43,982 nt of DNA, from IMG/VR virus record IMGVR_UViG_3300039098_000011, positions 1 through 43,982 of that record, one strand, 5' to 3'. Below, in pieces: positions 7,394-14,424 of the stretch. Both the position numbers and the translations under genes were made by a program. Each line of letters starts with the position of its first letter. Position 1 is the stretch's first letter. This DNA is from a virus. Below the pieces are notes generated by a model. The model saw only the letters and a program-made list of their open reading frames with translations, was not told where the DNA came from and did not search any database.

Positions 7394-8162
7394 ATAATTC
7401 TCCCATAGAAATTTCCTCAATTACTGGCTTATCACTATCTCCTTCAAATTGTTTGAGGAGCAACACCCCTCTGTCAATAACTGCTGGTGCATTCTTGCTA
7501 AGATAGTGAGGCTGACCCTCGATAAAGGAAGGACAGATAATAGCACGTTGTACTTCTTTCGTATCGATCCTCTTGATATTAGCAACCTCTGACCGATGAT
7601 AATGTCCCATCACTACATGTCCATTGAATCTCTGTAATGCCTTGTGGGGGATATGCAACCCACTGAGGGGTTGATTGTTCCCTGCAAGCGGAGCGTGCAT
7701 GTAATTAATACCGTTTCTTACGATTCTATCCCTGTATTTAAAAGGGATGATTTTTCTTTCGGTCAAACCTAGGTCATCCCCTAGGTTGAATGCCCCTTCC
7801 AATTCAGGGTGCTGTTCTAGGTAACGATCCAGCCTATCTTCATGGTTTCCTTCTAGCCAATCAATCTCAGGACTGTAAAGCTTTTGTTTATGAAACCTCT
7901 GTCGTGCCTGGAGTTTGTCAATCTCAGAGAAGAGGAGATTGGCAGCTTCTCTGCCTGCCTTAACATCCTCCTGATACCTACGACCCTCCATCATAAGCTT
8001 CTTTGACATATCCCAACCGGAAATAGAGGAGAGGGAAACAAAATCCCCAAGCTGGATAATCCGATCAGGCTTTCTATCTACAATTAGTTTAGCACATTTT
8101 TCAAACCGTGTCAAGTCTTGTTCTGGCTCTACATGAGCATCACTGATTAATAAAGTTAACAT
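7380..8162 (-). CDS. Calcineurin-like metallophosphoesterase
   Basis: Motifs occur in canonical order: SDAHV, GDFVS, GNHE, GHYH. Confidence 0.75.
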   Translation of the reverse strand: MLTLLISDAHVEPEQDLTRFEKCAKLIVDRKPDRIIQLGDFVSLSSISGWDMSKKLMMEGRRYQEDVKAGREAANLLFSEIDKLQARQRFHKQKLYSPEIDWLEGNHEDRLDRYLEQHPELEGAFNLGDDLGLTERKIIPFKYRDRIVRNGINYMHAPLAGNNQPLSGLHIPHKALQRFNGHVVMGHYHRSEVANIKRIDTKEVQRAIICPSFIEGQPHYLSKNAPAVIDRGVLLLKQFEGDSDKPVIEEISMGELYGSY

Positions 8163-8382
8163 TTACTATCCCCTCAGCCTTTGCAGTACGTGCCCTCTTC
8201 AATCGTTCAATGGCAGCAGCCTTCTGCTCATCTGACATTTTACGAACTTTACGATTTGGATTCTTACCGAATCGAAAATAAAATAGGGGGCATGATTCAA
8301 CAGTGCACGATCTTACTTCATTGTAAGAATCATTGCAGCAAGCTAAACACTTTTCTCTTATTGCTTTAAGGGGACTTGACAT
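8140..8382 (-). CDS. Small Cys-rich protein (80 aa)
   Basis: CLACCNDSYNEVRSCTVESCPLFYFRFGKNP is followed by a basic C-terminus. Function unknown. Confidence 0.65.
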   Translation of the reverse strand: MSSPLKAIREKCLACCNDSYNEVRSCTVESCPLFYFRFGKNPNRKVRKMSDEQKAAAIERLKRARTAKAEGIVNVNFINQ

Positions 8383-8737
8383 TTTTTAATTTTCTCCTCT
8401 CTGCGTTCTCTTCTCTAGACTTTTTCTTATGACATTCAACACAAAGAATTTGTAAGTTGTTTAGTCCGCAAAAAAAGATCCTATTGATTATCTCATCCCA
8501 AGTCATGTCCTTGGACAGTATGCCTATTGGCACTACAGGATCTATATGATCTACCTGAACATCTTTGGATGCAAAGTCCTTCTTACATTCAGCACACCTA
8601 TATCTAGCCCCTCCTCTTGGTCCTTTCTTTCGTGGACACTTAGCAGCATTCAATGCCTCTCTGTGTATAGGACTACGGGAGAAGCACCTCTTAATTGCAG
8701 ACATGATACTATAAAATTGATTATATTTTCTTGCCAT
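8366..8737 (-). CDS. HNH endonuclease
   Basis: RYRCAECKK...VQVDHIDPV...LQILCVECHKKKS shows HNH with flanking CxxC pairs. Confidence 0.85.
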   Translation of the reverse strand: MARKYNQFYSIMSAIKRCFSRSPIHREALNAAKCPRKKGPRGGARYRCAECKKDFASKDVQVDHIDPVVPIGILSKDMTWDEIINRIFFCGLNNLQILCVECHKKKSREENAERRKLKNVKSP

Positions 8738-8738
8738 A

Positions 8739-8915
8739 TTAAATCACTGATCTGTGTAGGGGCTTAGGTTTCATTGGCATAGAACCACACCCTACACAAC
8801 GAGCCTTCTCACTAATAACTGTCGCATTAATTTTCTTGCAAGAGGGACATTCCCAAAACACAACTTTATTTTCTGGAAGTAGATAAGTTTTATGATCTCC
8901 TGTGTCAGATATCAT
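8739..8915 (-). CDS. 58-aa zinc-ribbon protein, below the ORF-track cutoff
   Basis: Hand translation: MISDTGDHKTYLLPENKVVFWECPSCKKINATVISEKARCVGCGSMPMKPKPLHRSVI. GAAGGAGA lies upstream and the ATG overlaps the stop of 8905..9189. Confidence 0.6.
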   Translation of the reverse strand: MISDTGDHKTYLLPENKVVFWECPSCKKINATVISEKARCVGCGSMPMKPKPLHRSVI

Positions 8916-9189
8916 CAGGTGTCTCCTTCAGGAAAGAGTAAACTGCATCTGCGAAGCGGTCGGGGTGAATAATCTCCTGCGGGATCGCTCTTGTGTTCGG
9001 GTATTTGATCCCATGTAAAACAAAATGATTCCACCATCCCTGCCGCTGCGCCCATCCCCACAGCTGACCGAACCCCCGCCAAGACGAAAACGTATTGCCA
9101 TGCTCTGTTCTATCGTAATCATTCCAACGCTCCGACCCTATCTCCTCAATGAGAAACTTGTCGCGCTTCATCCGCTCCCGCTCGTTCAT
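8905..9189 (-). CDS. Hypothetical protein, paralogue A in the GC-rich island
   Basis: It shares FSSW..FG.L and PDRFA...FLK motifs with 9186..9485. Confidence 0.7.
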   Translation of the reverse strand: MNERERMKRDKFLIEEIGSERWNDYDRTEHGNTFSSWRGFGQLWGWAQRQGWWNHFVLHGIKYPNTRAIPQEIIHPDRFADAVYSFLKETPDDI

Positions 9190-9485
9190 GCATCCCCCTT
9201 GAGGTAGTTGAAGTAGTTTGTTGCGAACCTGTCTGGGAATCCAGCATCAAACGGCATAGCGTTTTCAATCATCTTCAGAGCAAAGGATTCGCTGTGTTCC
9301 GGAGCGATAAACTCCACCAGCTTGCCGAAGTCTGCCCAGGAGGAGAAGTCGTTAAATTTTAGATGCCAGTAGTCAGCCTGACATTTAATGCAATGGGTAT
9401 ATTCATATCCGTCAGACGGACCGACTTTGTTATGCCAACACTCTTCCATTGCCTCGGTAAGAAATTGATTTCTTTGTTCGTTCAT
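9186..9485 (-). CDS. Hypothetical protein, paralogue B in the GC-rich island
   Basis: NDFSSWADFGKLVEF...FPDRFATNYFNYLKG. It has 4-nt overlaps with both neighbours. Confidence 0.7.
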   Translation of the reverse strand: MNEQRNQFLTEAMEECWHNKVGPSDGYEYTHCIKCQADYWHLKFNDFSSWADFGKLVEFIAPEHSESFALKMIENAMPFDAGFPDRFATNYFNYLKGDA

Positions 9486-9913
9486 GCGTCCTCCTTGAAA
9501 TATTCCGGCCAGCGGTTGCGGATAGCCTTAGCTACATAAAATAACGCATCATTCCACTCACCTTTATCCGTTTCGCCCTCGACGTACCGCAGATCTCCTC
9601 TTGTCATCTTCTCGCACTCCCGCACCGCCTCGGCTATCTGCCCTCGGTATTCCTCCTTGGCTTTGCCATAGCCGAGCATGTGACTGGCTGTGAGACCCTC
9701 GTTAAGAGTCTCATTCTCTTCCCGCAACCTTCGCACCCCAGCCTCTGCTTTTTCTGCCCGTTCTACGATCTCGCAAAGTCCGTGTTTGTCCCAAATGCGG
9801 TCTTCCCCTTGCAGCCTCCGCACCTCTGCGGCTAGGGTTTCCGCTGCCTCTTCGTAAAGGTCCTCGTAGATTACCCCTTGCGGTATGACCTCAAGCGCCT
9901 TGTCTACCGTCAT
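9482..9913 (-). CDS. Hypothetical helical protein in the GC-rich island
   Basis: The start is placed at ATG 9913 (MTVDKALE) behind AAGGAGGA. An ATGA overlap joins it to the stop of the upstream nuclease gene. Confidence 0.7.
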   Translation of the reverse strand: MTVDKALEVIPQGVIYEDLYEEAAETLAAEVRRLQGEDRIWDKHGLCEIVERAEKAEAGVRRLREENETLNEGLTASHMLGYGKAKEEYRGQIAEAVRECEKMTRGDLRYVEGETDKGEWNDALFYVAKAIRNRWPEYFKEDA

Positions 9914-10773
9914 TGGTTGTCCTCCTTCCATTCCTTATACTGCTGACAAAACCTCTTCACGTTACAATAATCTTCGCAACGAGGGCGACCACCAAGACGG
10001 ACTTCAACAATAAACTTATCGCCTCTACGTTCTGCATCTTTCTCTGCTTCTTCTTTACCAAGGAACAACTTGGTTGCTCTCTTATTCCCCTTCTTCATGA
10101 CAGCATACTTGGTGGGTTCTTCCCACATATCTTCGGGAGTACAATACGGGAGAAGTGCTTCTGGAGAATTCTCTGCCATTATGTGATTAAATACACGGCA
10201 AGAGAGGAAGTCTGCTTGGTCTCTTTCACCCCACAATGGCAACTCAATCACCATCAAAGGAGTTTTGGGGTAATCCTTACCACCCGAAAGAGATTTACCT
10301 TTTGACCAATCCCTGAAAAATACACAGACTTGTATAGTGTTTACCTCAGATCCATTCTTTCTCATCAGGTAGGCATAGATGTTCTGTTGCTCTTCCCATT
10401 CTTTCATTCGGCCAGCATTGCCGAGTGTGTAAGTGGATGTTACTTTATAGTCCGTGATAATGCCATCATGATAATGATCAAGCTGGCCCCCAATAGTCCG
10501 ACCAAGAACATCAACGTACAATCGTTGTTCGATACTAGCGTCATCACTAGCATGATGTTCCAACAAATTATGCACAGCAGACCCAAACACAGACCACACT
10601 TTATCAATGGCATCTTCTTCTAATTCCTCCCAATGCCGCCGCTCAAGTTGTACCATCTGAGGAGGGTGAAGTAGTGTAGTTGCACTGTAATCATTGTCCC
10701 CTGGAGTATAGTTATTGGCCGAAAGAAAATTAAATACTGCATCAGGAAGATTATGTTTGTTAGTTATCTTCAT
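9910..10773 (-). CDS. PD-(D/E)XK family nuclease (exonuclease-like)
   Basis: GGQLDHY...ITDYKVTS supplies the D...(D/E)xK pattern. The C-terminus has a Cys cluster (CEDYCNVKRFC). It lies in the replication module. Confidence 0.6.
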   Translation of the reverse strand: MKITNKHNLPDAVFNFLSANNYTPGDNDYSATTLLHPPQMVQLERRHWEELEEDAIDKVWSVFGSAVHNLLEHHASDDASIEQRLYVDVLGRTIGGQLDHYHDGIITDYKVTSTYTLGNAGRMKEWEEQQNIYAYLMRKNGSEVNTIQVCVFFRDWSKGKSLSGGKDYPKTPLMVIELPLWGERDQADFLSCRVFNHIMAENSPEALLPYCTPEDMWEEPTKYAVMKKGNKRATKLFLGKEEAEKDAERRGDKFIVEVRLGGRPRCEDYCNVKRFCQQYKEWKEDNQ

Positions 10774-10777
10774 TTAT

Positions 10778-10996
10778 TTATTCCCGATATGGAGTGAGGG
10801 CAATATATAGATCTTGGAGAAAGAGGGTAATAATTTCTTTATCAGTCTCCGCACAACCCCTTGCAATTGCGTCTGGAATACCTATATTAGTGAGAGACAA
10901 TTTAAAAAGATTATCAAATTCTTTCTGAGTTTGAATAATTATTTTAATTGAGAGTGGCGTAAATAACTTAGTAGTGTCCTCAACTTTTACAATCAT
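10778..10996 (-). CDS. Hypothetical protein (72 aa)
   Basis: The start is placed at ATG 10996 (MIVKVEDTT) behind AAAGGAG; the track ORF extends to 11026. Confidence 0.6.
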   Translation of the reverse strand: MIVKVEDTTKLFTPLSIKIIIQTQKEFDNLFKLSLTNIGIPDAIARGCAETDKEIITLFLQDLYIALTPYRE

Positions 10997-11156
10997 CTTC
11001 TTCAACTCCTTTCGGTTTCTCGGCATACTTCATACAAATAGGAGAGAGATCAGCAAAGCTAGTGTTTTTAATACCTAGCGGAGCAAAGGACATATGCCTC
11101 TTGCAAGTTTTATCCTGACAATCAGAAGCACAAAATGTTATATCACTGCTAGGCAT
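10980..11156 (-). CDS. 58-aa Cys-rich protein, below the ORF-track cutoff
   Basis: Hand translation: MPSSDITFCASDCQDKTCKRHMSFAPLGIKNTSFADLSPICMKYAEKPKGVEEDDCKS. It fills the 11026..11149 gap and overlaps both neighbours. Confidence 0.55.
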   Translation of the reverse strand: MPSSDITFCASDCQDKTCKRHMSFAPLGIKNTSFADLSPICMKYAEKPKGVEEDDCKS

Positions 11157-11451
11157 TAGGTTTATTCCTTTCTATTAGTAAAGCTTCGGCAGCACCAACT
11201 ATCATTCGGGGATACTTAATTGCATATCCTGTCCCTGCCTTGAGATCCTCAATCGTAAGACAATGCTTGTGTTGATGTTGATCTATCTCATCCCAGTGTT
11301 CTAGTACAACCTTACCCAACTCATCAAACTGTGAATCAGACAAGACAGGTTGATCTAGTATATAGTAGAGATAACATGACATGAGATACCAAGACAGGGC
11401 GAGATTAGGTCGAGACATTACCTCATCAAATGTTGGCATCACTCCATACAA
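11149..11451 (-). CDS. Hypothetical protein (100 aa)
   Basis: Track ORF. CYLYYILDQPVLSDSQFDELGKVVLEHW resembles the LigA Ia-domain-like YY..D.P..SD..YD motif seen in small phage proteins. Confidence 0.65.
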   Translation of the reverse strand: MYGVMPTFDEVMSRPNLALSWYLMSCYLYYILDQPVLSDSQFDELGKVVLEHWDEIDQHQHKHCLTIEDLKAGTGYAIKYPRMIVGAAEALLIERNKPNA

Positions 11452-12089
11452 TCCTCAAAGATAAACTTCATGTCCTCAGGAATTAACTCAAAGACTTCCT
11501 TCGCTAACTCTCTCATTTCCCATAGTGCCCTCTTAGAACTCCGTAGTTTCAAGAAGTTCCTCAGACTACGAGCATTGATAGTCCAGATGAGAGAGGTCTT
11601 GAAGGCTTCGGGAAGCATGTACTTAACTTGGTCATTGGACCAGCCATGAAGCAATGAGCCTCTAACATCGCAAACGGAACGCAGTCCAATGGGAATCTTT
11701 ACCAATGTCCCGACTTCCACTAGATAGTTTTGTAGATCACATGTCTCACAATTACTAAGACACTCAAACTCCTTCAGCTCCCCCAACGTATACCTCGTTG
11801 ACTTCACACTGAGACTAGCATGGCGATGCCTAGCGAGTTCCTGAAGTGCAGCCCTCGACAAACCATCAATATCAAACGTGAAACTCAGATGCTCCAAGGT
11901 AGAAGTGTGGTCAGATTCGATAATACGCTTGATGAGGGCTGTGTCTCTAGGGCCAAGCGTCCAGAACCACTCCTCGTTTAGTTCGCAGTACAGATTACCA
12001 CTATCACTCTTCCCCTCAGACGCATAGCACTTACGGATAGCCTTGACGATTACCTCAAGAGGACTGTGGTGTAGCAGTGTTACTTTCAT
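11439..12089 (-). CDS. thyX: FAD-dependent thymidylate synthase
   Basis: RHRHASLSVKSTRY matches the ThyX signature RHRxxSxxxxSxRY. Length is 216 aa. Confidence 0.9.
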   Translation of the reverse strand: MKVTLLHHSPLEVIVKAIRKCYASEGKSDSGNLYCELNEEWFWTLGPRDTALIKRIIESDHTSTLEHLSFTFDIDGLSRAALQELARHRHASLSVKSTRYTLGELKEFECLSNCETCDLQNYLVEVGTLVKIPIGLRSVCDVRGSLLHGWSNDQVKYMLPEAFKTSLIWTINARSLRNFLKLRSSKRALWEMRELAKEVFELIPEDMKFIFEDCME

Positions 12090-12107
12090 TCTTCGGGTTC
12101 CTCCTTT

Positions 12108-12302
12108 TCAGCTCAACAGTTGTTTAATCTTGGACGCAACAGCTTCAGCCTTGGCCGCCTCAGTTTGATGCGCACCTACTTGTGCTTGAAGCTTGTCGCA
12201 TTTAAGTAGCTTCGCCCCAATCTTAGCTTTTTCTTCCTCAGCATGTCCTTCCAGTTTAGAGACAATCTTATTGAATTTTTTGAGAACACTGTCTACAGTC
12301 AT
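12108..12302 (-). CDS. 64-aa coiled-coil protein
   Basis: The start is placed at ATG 12302 (MTVDSVLKKF) so that it does not overlap 12319..12933. The sequence is helical and K/E/A-rich. Confidence 0.55.
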   Translation of the reverse strand: MTVDSVLKKFNKIVSKLEGHAEEEKAKIGAKLLKCDKLQAQVGAHQTEAAKAEAVASKIKQLLS

Positions 12303-12318
12303 TATACTATACCTCTCT

Positions 12319-12933
12319 CTAAAGACTTGCATTAAGTTCTTCAAGTTCCTCGATCCACTCCTGAGGAATACTCTTGCCAGCATCAGCATACCGAGTCATT
12401 GCCTCAAGGAGTTCCAGCATTCTTTCTTTATCAAGAAGCCACCTGGGGCGGACACCGAAGGTAAGCTTTCCACAGGACCAAGCTTCTGCTTCAATAAGCT
12501 CAGACACTTCCACTTTTTCTTCAGGAACTTCTGTCAGACGGGTTAAAGGAGCCATACGAGCCCACTCAGAATACCAGCTAGTACTACCATCCTCCTTCAT
12601 GAATGATGGACAGCAACTACCATCGTTGTCATGTAGAGTGACAATCTCACCTTCAGGGAAGAAATTTGTATATCCCTCAAGACACAAGAACTTAGTGCCC
12701 TCAGGGACTTCAGGGTGTGGCTCGTCAGATAGTGGTTCCAGAGGAGCCAATCCAGCCCAATAAAGGTGATGAGTACGTCCTTTAGAATCCTCAAAACGAG
12801 GACAAATGGAGTCATCCTGCCCTACTAAGGTCACAATACCACCAAGTTCTGCGGCTAAAACGTCGTAACCTACCACTACAAACTGCATACCCTCTTCAAA
12901 TTTCGGGTAAGATTTATCTTCAAATGCTTTCAC
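12319..12933 (-). CDS. Hypothetical protein with an internally duplicated ~55-aa domain
   Basis: GTG start behind AAGGAG. GGIVTLVGQDDSICPRFEDSKGRTHHLYWAGLAPLEP aligns with GEIVTLHDNDGSCCPSFMKEDGSTSWYSEWARMAPLTR. Confidence 0.7.
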   Translation of the reverse strand: MKAFEDKSYPKFEEGMQFVVVGYDVLAAELGGIVTLVGQDDSICPRFEDSKGRTHHLYWAGLAPLEPLSDEPHPEVPEGTKFLCLEGYTNFFPEGEIVTLHDNDGSCCPSFMKEDGSTSWYSEWARMAPLTRLTEVPEEKVEVSELIEAEAWSCGKLTFGVRPRWLLDKERMLELLEAMTRYADAGKSIPQEWIEELEELNASL

Positions 12934-13015
12934 AATTTTTCTCCTTAATTATTTGGAGTCACCTCTCGGTAATGATACCGAGATCATCCAGTAAATGCTT
13001 AGGCGGCTAGTTTTA

Positions 13016-13093
13016 TGGTAGGGATGGTGGGATTTGAACCCACACTTGATGGATTTTAAGTCCATTGTCTCTGCCTAGTTGGACTACATCCCC
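13016..13093 (-). tRNA. tRNA with anticodon UAA (Leu by anticodon), a 5-nt variable loop and an encoded CCA
   Basis: Manual cloverleaf. Acceptor GGGGATG/CATCCCT has a G1-U72 wobble. The D arm is GTC..GAC with GG in the loop. The anticodon stem is ATGGA/TCCAT with loop CTTAAAA. The variable loop is CAAGT. The T arm is GTGGG-TTCAAAT-CCCAC, followed by discriminator A and CCA. Confidence 0.8.
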
Positions 13094-13106
13094 ATTTCTT
13101 TATCTA

Positions 13107-13754
13107 TCAAAATGGAATTTCATCATCAGGGCCGAAGGAAGAAATATCTCCATCAAAATCTTCTACTACTTCACCATCTTCCTCAATCCTCTGTTCAAAC
13201 ATCCACTTGGACAATCCATACAATGCCTTAGTACATGCGTTATCCTCATCATCAGCATCACCGATGCAAGGCTCAATCTTTGCCTCTTCAATATCCTTTT
13301 GATATTTAAGTGGGATAGGAGCAAGGCTCTTGATATTGTCGTAAGTGTTATCATCCTTCTTGAAGTGAGTAACCAATACGGACACTGGCTTGCCAAGTTG
13401 TGCATCCCAATCAGCTTCCTCCTCTGCCTCTGCCCCAGATTCAAAGATCTTATAATACTCAATCTCTTTACCTTTATCGGTAAGCTGAAAGAAGATGTTA
13501 AATGGTTTAGTCCAAAGTACACGAGGGACAACTCCATCTTCCAACTCAACTTCCTCACCAAGAATTTCAATACCAAGGGCAATCTTCTGGCAAGGAGACT
13601 TCACTTCCCCTTTAAACTCTCGTGTATGCAGTCCAAGATCTGCTACATACACCAACCGACCTTCATACTCCTGACCATCTTCCAAGTTTGGAATTGCATC
13701 AAACTCTTTCTTCTCACCACCCTCAGCCACTCGCCGTTTCAATCCACCTGCCAT
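13107..13754 (-). CDS. Single-stranded DNA-binding protein (phage type)
   Basis: The acidic C-terminal tail ends in DDEIPF (E. coli SSB ends in DDDIPF). It lies in the replication module behind its own promoter. Confidence 0.55.
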   Translation of the reverse strand: MAGGLKRRVAEGGEKKEFDAIPNLEDGQEYEGRLVYVADLGLHTREFKGEVKSPCQKIALGIEILGEEVELEDGVVPRVLWTKPFNIFFQLTDKGKEIEYYKIFESGAEAEEEADWDAQLGKPVSVLVTHFKKDDNTYDNIKSLAPIPLKYQKDIEEAKIEPCIGDADDEDNACTKALYGLSKWMFEQRIEEDGEVVEDFDGDISSFGPDDEIPF

Positions 13755-13801
13755 GTCTTTGTTCTCCTTGTTGTGTAGTTTGTTCCAACTCTTTATAAAC
13801 T

Positions 13802-13830
13802 ATTGTATCACGCCTATTCTTCTGAGTCAA
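13802..13830 (-). promoter_or_regulatory. sigma70-type promoter with extended -10
   Basis: Minus strand reads TTGACT-cagaagaataggcgtga-TACAAT, with a 17-nt spacer and TGa before the -10. It lies upstream of the SSB gene. Confidence 0.6.
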
Positions 13831-13987
13831 TACTTTCTTCTTTATAATATTCTAAGATTGCTTCGTCAGCAGCGGCCCTCCACTTGTTGTCCGAATAAAG
13901 ACGATCATCCCTGTCATGGCGAGGACTCCTGCAAGCCCGGTTAGATTTCTTAACATCAGTATACTCTTCCCGGTAAGTGCGACTCAT
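13814..13987 (-). CDS. 57-aa hypothetical protein
   Basis: The start is placed at ATG 13987 (MSRTYREEY) behind GGAGGGGGG; the track ORF extends to 14044. Confidence 0.55.
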   Translation of the reverse strand: MSRTYREEYTDVKKSNRACRSPRHDRDDRLYSDNKWRAAADEAILEYYKEESIDSEE

Positions 13988-13988
13988 T

Positions 13989-14168
13989 TTATTTTCCCCC
14001 CTCCACAACAGTGTGATCTCTACGATATCCTGGCAACGATACAATCCTCTTCATATCTTCTTCACTGTCACAACCTTGACAGGTATGGCCGATGTCCCTC
14101 ATGTGGTAGGGCTTAATGGAGCAACAAAGATCTCCACATTTCTGACATTGGTATTCATAAATGGGCAT
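13989..14168 (-). CDS. 59-aa FmdB-like zinc-ribbon protein, below the ORF-track cutoff
   Basis: Hand translation: MPIYEYQCQKCGDLCCSIKPYHMRDIGHTCQGCDSEEDMKRIVSLPGYRRDHTVVEGGK. MPIYEY.C..CG is the hallmark N-terminus of the FmdB/CxxC_CxxC_SSSS family. Confidence 0.65.
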   Translation of the reverse strand: MPIYEYQCQKCGDLCCSIKPYHMRDIGHTCQGCDSEEDMKRIVSLPGYRRDHTVVEGGK

Positions 14169-14173
14169 TGTCT

Positions 14174-14419
14174 CTAGTCTACCTTTCTTTTTTGTTTCCT
14201 AGTATTGTTATTCTTTGTGCAAGCTTTCTTAGAAACCTCTTTCCTAATACAACCACAAGATTTAGTCTTACCACTGCGCAGAGAACCCCCGTAAATAACT
14301 TTCTCGTTACCACAGTCACACATACACAACCATCTAGCTTTTCCCCCTTTACTATTATCTGACCTATTAACAACAGTCAAGATACCAAATCTCCTACCTT
14401 GCATCTCTATAGCTTTCAT
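14174..14419 (-). CDS. Small Cys-rich protein (81 aa)
   Basis: GRRFGILTVV...WLCMCDCGNEKVIYGGSLRSGKTKSCGC is a recurrent phage motif of unknown function. Confidence 0.7.
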   Translation of the reverse strand: MKAIEMQGRRFGILTVVNRSDNSKGGKARWLCMCDCGNEKVIYGGSLRSGKTKSCGCIRKEVSKKACTKNNNTRKQKRKVD

Positions 14420-14424
14420 AAGAT

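Noticed and set aside
12966-12983. The hairpin CTCGGTA-atga-TACCGAG, considered as an intrinsic terminator downstream of the tRNA.
   Set aside because: No U-tract follows it on the transcribed (minus) strand. It is more likely a processing or stability element, if it is functional at all.
13065-13778. A 237-aa plus-strand ORF.
   Set aside because: It is a hydrophobic, low-complexity shadow of the minus-strand SSB gene. It overlaps the tRNA and has no RBS.
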